From assembly GCA_963691875.1 (NCBI GenBank), contig OY829846.1:672001-736000 (forward strand): 64,000 nucleotides of DNA, in the 5' to 3' direction. Numbering within the stretch: position 1 is the stretch's first letter; each line of letters begins with the position of its first letter. Positions 61,853 to 64,000 of this stretch are shown here, piece after piece. The translations under genes were made by a program, and so were the position numbers. The stretch is from Aureliella sp. (GTDB taxonomy: Bacteria > Planctomycetota > Planctomycetia > Pirellulales > Pirellulaceae). The notes below the pieces were generated by a model, which saw only the letters and a program-made list of their open reading frames with translations, searched no databases and was not told where the DNA came from.

Positions 61853-64000
61853 CTATTTGTGAGGAATGAAAACCGAACCATCCAGCCTGCCGAACCCCTG
61901 TCCCAGCAGCTGCTGAATCACCAGCCTGGCATCCGCTGCGGTCCTGATGGACCACCTGCCTTGCTGTAATGTGCGTGCATCCAGCCCATCGGGATGCTTG
62001 GCCAGTATCCACTTAATGTGGCTCTGCAGGTCATCGGGACCGGTTGCGGTGTGGTAGTTGCGTTCCAGTTCATGGCCGAACCACCAGGCCAGCTGAATGC
62101 CTGCCTCCATGCTTCGCAGGTCCACAGGCTGGCTTGCCTGTCCCTCTGGATGCTCGGCCATCTGCTGCACTACCGAATGAATCAGGGCCAGCCTGGCCGC
62201 AACTGGCCGCAGCTTCAACCAGGCGTTCTGCAGTTCCCTGTCCATCTCAGCCACATAATCGGCGGCATGCTGCATCCATTGCTTGAATGCATCCAGGGCA
62301 TCGGGTGCCAGGGGCAAATACTTGGGCTGCGTTCCCTGACCATGCGGTTCCCCAGTCAGCCCATACAGCTGCTCGGCCAGGCTGAACATGGCATCATCTA
62401 CAGTCTGCGGTACTTCGGCATCGGTCCAGCTGACGATGGGGCCAGGTGGATAGGCACACAGAATCCTGGCCGCAAACCCATTGGCTATGAATCGCTCGGT
62501 GAAGATGGTTTCCTGTGCTACTGCCGGTTGAATGGTTCCGCACACACTGATGCTGGTCTTGGGCAAGTAGACCCGATAGCCATCGGTCTTGCGGTTCACC
62601 TGAATCTTGCCACCGTTGTAGATGGACAGCCAGTTCTCAACATCTCTACCCTTGCCTGCTCGGTACTGGTCCATGCTGCGTACCCATGCGGCCAGCTCAT
62701 CAATGGACAGTAGCAGCTTGTGGTTGTGCTGGTGAATGTCGATCAGCGTTTCCATCGTGAAATCATTGACCACCAGCTGCTGGGTCTGCTTTTCGCGGTG
62801 GGGTTTCGCTGCCGGTTCGCCACGCTCGAATGCTTCCAGCTGTTTCTTGTATGTGGCATCAGCCTGCTGCATCAACTGGTGCAGGGCATGTTCAATCCTG
62901 TCTGCGGGTGTGGTGGCTGCTTCCCAGCCTGGTGTCTTGCCTCTAGACACATCGCCAATCGTGACAGCCCACAGAATGCTGGGCAGGGTGAAATTCCGCT
63001 TGATATACACTGCCCTGGCCTGGCCAATCAGGGATGCCAGCACTGGCAACATCGGGACAGCCACATAGGCCGGTTCAATCCCGATGGCTGCTGCATGTTC
63101 CATCACATACGCCTGCACCACATCTGGCAGCAGATCCACAGGGAATGGTTTGTAATCCTGTGCCGGTCCCTGACTTGTCTGGTGGTACTCTTGCTGGGCT
63201 GCGTTTACCTGCTCGGCCAGTTCAATCTTGACCGCAGCAGCTGCCTGGCCATAGTCTCCGCCATGCATCAGCAGGGTATAACATTCGAATGCATCGTAGC
63301 ACCCCTTACCCAGTGGTTCTGCTGCACTGGTGTGAACTACCAACAAGGGCTTATCATCATCGGTTCGGACGTAGCCTAGTGTTCCACTGTACCCATCGGC
63401 CAGTGCCTTGCCTGGTCGGGTTAGATACTCAACATCCTGTTCCCAGTGGTGGCTTTTCCAGCCTGCATCCAGCAGCAGCTGCCGAATGTCGGCATGTTGG
63501 TTGAACACATCCCCGGGCCTGGGTTCGCCTGTGTAGCGTTCGGCAGGTTGCCGCTGCACATGGTCTGGAGTGTAGCGGGTGTAGCCTCTGCAAATATCCA
63601 GCAATGTTGCTGCCTCTGCATCGCTGATGATGGGCAGCTGCTCAAACTGCCCATGAATCAGCTGGTAGGGTTCCCCTGTGGGATGGACTGCATCGGGACC
63701 ACCGCAGGCTACTGCATAACCACCGCTGCCCCTGGTTTCAATCAGAATGCCTGGCAGCACGATTTCATTCCCATCTGCATCCAGTTCCCCTGTGGGCTGC
63801 GGTTCGGTCAGGGCCAGCTGCTGACTCTTGGGCGGTTTAGATTCCTGCCTGAACCACACCTGCCGGCCTGGTCTGGGTGTGGCTAATGCCAGCACCTTGC
63901 CTGCCAAATCACCACGATATGCCAGCAGGCTGCCCCAGAATCGCTGAAAGTAAATCTCAGCCTCTGCATCAAAGTCGATGATGTGCAGATTGCCGCTGCC
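61853..64000 (-). CDS. Bifunctional Prim-Pol (AEP) + DUF3987/YfjI-type helicase; 5' end outside the window
   Basis: The frame stays open to base 64000 (GSGNLHIIDFDAEAEIYFQRF..). AEP DxD, IETRGSGGYAV, PFPVDLLP, Walker A GDVSRGKT, Walker B LLSIDEL, GTIQP, GFAAR. Confidence 0.85.
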   Translation of the reverse strand, partial: GSGNLHIIDFDAEAEIYFQRFWGSLLAYRGDLAGKVLALATPRPGRQVWFRQESKPPKSQQLALTEPQPTGELDADGNEIVLPGILIETRGSGGYAVACGGPDAVHPTGEPYQLIHGQFEQLPIISDAEAATLLDICRGYTRYTPDHVQRQPAERYTGEPRPGDVFNQHADIRQLLLDAGWKSHHWEQDVEYLTRPGKALADGYSGTLGYVRTDDDKPLLVVHTSAAEPLGKGCYDAFECYTLLMHGGDYGQAAAAVKIELAEQVNAAQQEYHQTSQGPAQDYKPFPVDLLPDVVQAYVMEHAAAIGIEPAYVAVPMLPVLASLIGQARAVYIKRNFTLPSILWAVTIGDVSRGKTPGWEAATTPADRIEHALHQLMQQADATYKKQLEAFERGEPAAKPHREKQTQQLVVNDFTMETLIDIHQHNHKLLLSIDELAAWVRSMDQYRAGKGRDVENWLSIYNGGKIQVNRKTDGYRVYLPKTSISVCGTIQPAVAQETIFTERFIANGFAARILCAYPPGPIVSWTDAEVPQTVDDAMFSLAEQLYGLTGEPHGQGTQPKYLPLAPDALDAFKQWMQHAADYVAEMDRELQNAWLKLRPVAARLALIHSVVQQMAEHPEGQASQPVDLRSMEAGIQLAWWFGHELERNYHTATGPDDLQSHIKWILAKHPDGLDARTLQQGRWSIRTAADARLVIQQLLGQGFGRLDGSVFIPHK

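Larger units (their letters stand above)
58172..64000 (-). mobile_element. tRNA-Glu-integrated element (prophage/satellite/integrative-plasmid-like); far end lies outside the window
   Basis: Integrase abuts the tRNA 3' end, followed by PolA and primase-helicase. The sequence visibly switches to CAG/CTG-rich composition right after the tRNA. Confidence 0.88.

Noticed and set aside
58099..64000. Second att direct repeat defining the element's far end
   Set aside because: No second copy of the tRNA 3' end was seen in the window, so the core length and element size cannot be given.

Overview
Chromosomal window from a planctomycete, most likely Pirellulaceae-like. The lineage call rests on DUF1549/DUF1553, DUF1501, DUF1592/DUF1552, Minf_1886 and planctomycete-extracellular/dockerin proteins. 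Bases 1-58,000 are mostly ordinary housekeeping and accessory genes: a PpiC foldase, thiD, floA, an aminotransferase-glcD-esterase cluster, Tad pilins, a large M12B-type protease, an HD-GYP protein, a DEAD-box helicase, an aquaglyceroporin, msrB, metF, a Ser/Thr kinase, a sulfatase, an M49 peptidase and csrA. Two decayed loci are present: a collapsed yqiJ-like/'DNA repair ATPase' operon at about 16.3-19.6 kb, and a frameshifted VOC gene at about 53.35-53.71 kb that the ORF track misses. From a tRNA-Glu(TTC) at 58,099-58,171 to the window end lies an integrated element of different composition. It encodes a tyrosine integrase, a complete family-A DNA polymerase and a Prim-Pol/DUF3987 primase-helicase, with a 4+4 inverted iteron array between the two replication genes. 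The integrase ORF reads antisense through the whole tRNA, carries tandem arm-like repeats in its own tail, and has a pseudoknot-capable leader. A second candidate new system is an ECF sigma factor whose cognate membrane protein looks like a CxxCH-bearing paralogue of the neighbouring DUF1549/DUF1553 protein. All family calls come from reading motifs by eye; no searches were run.
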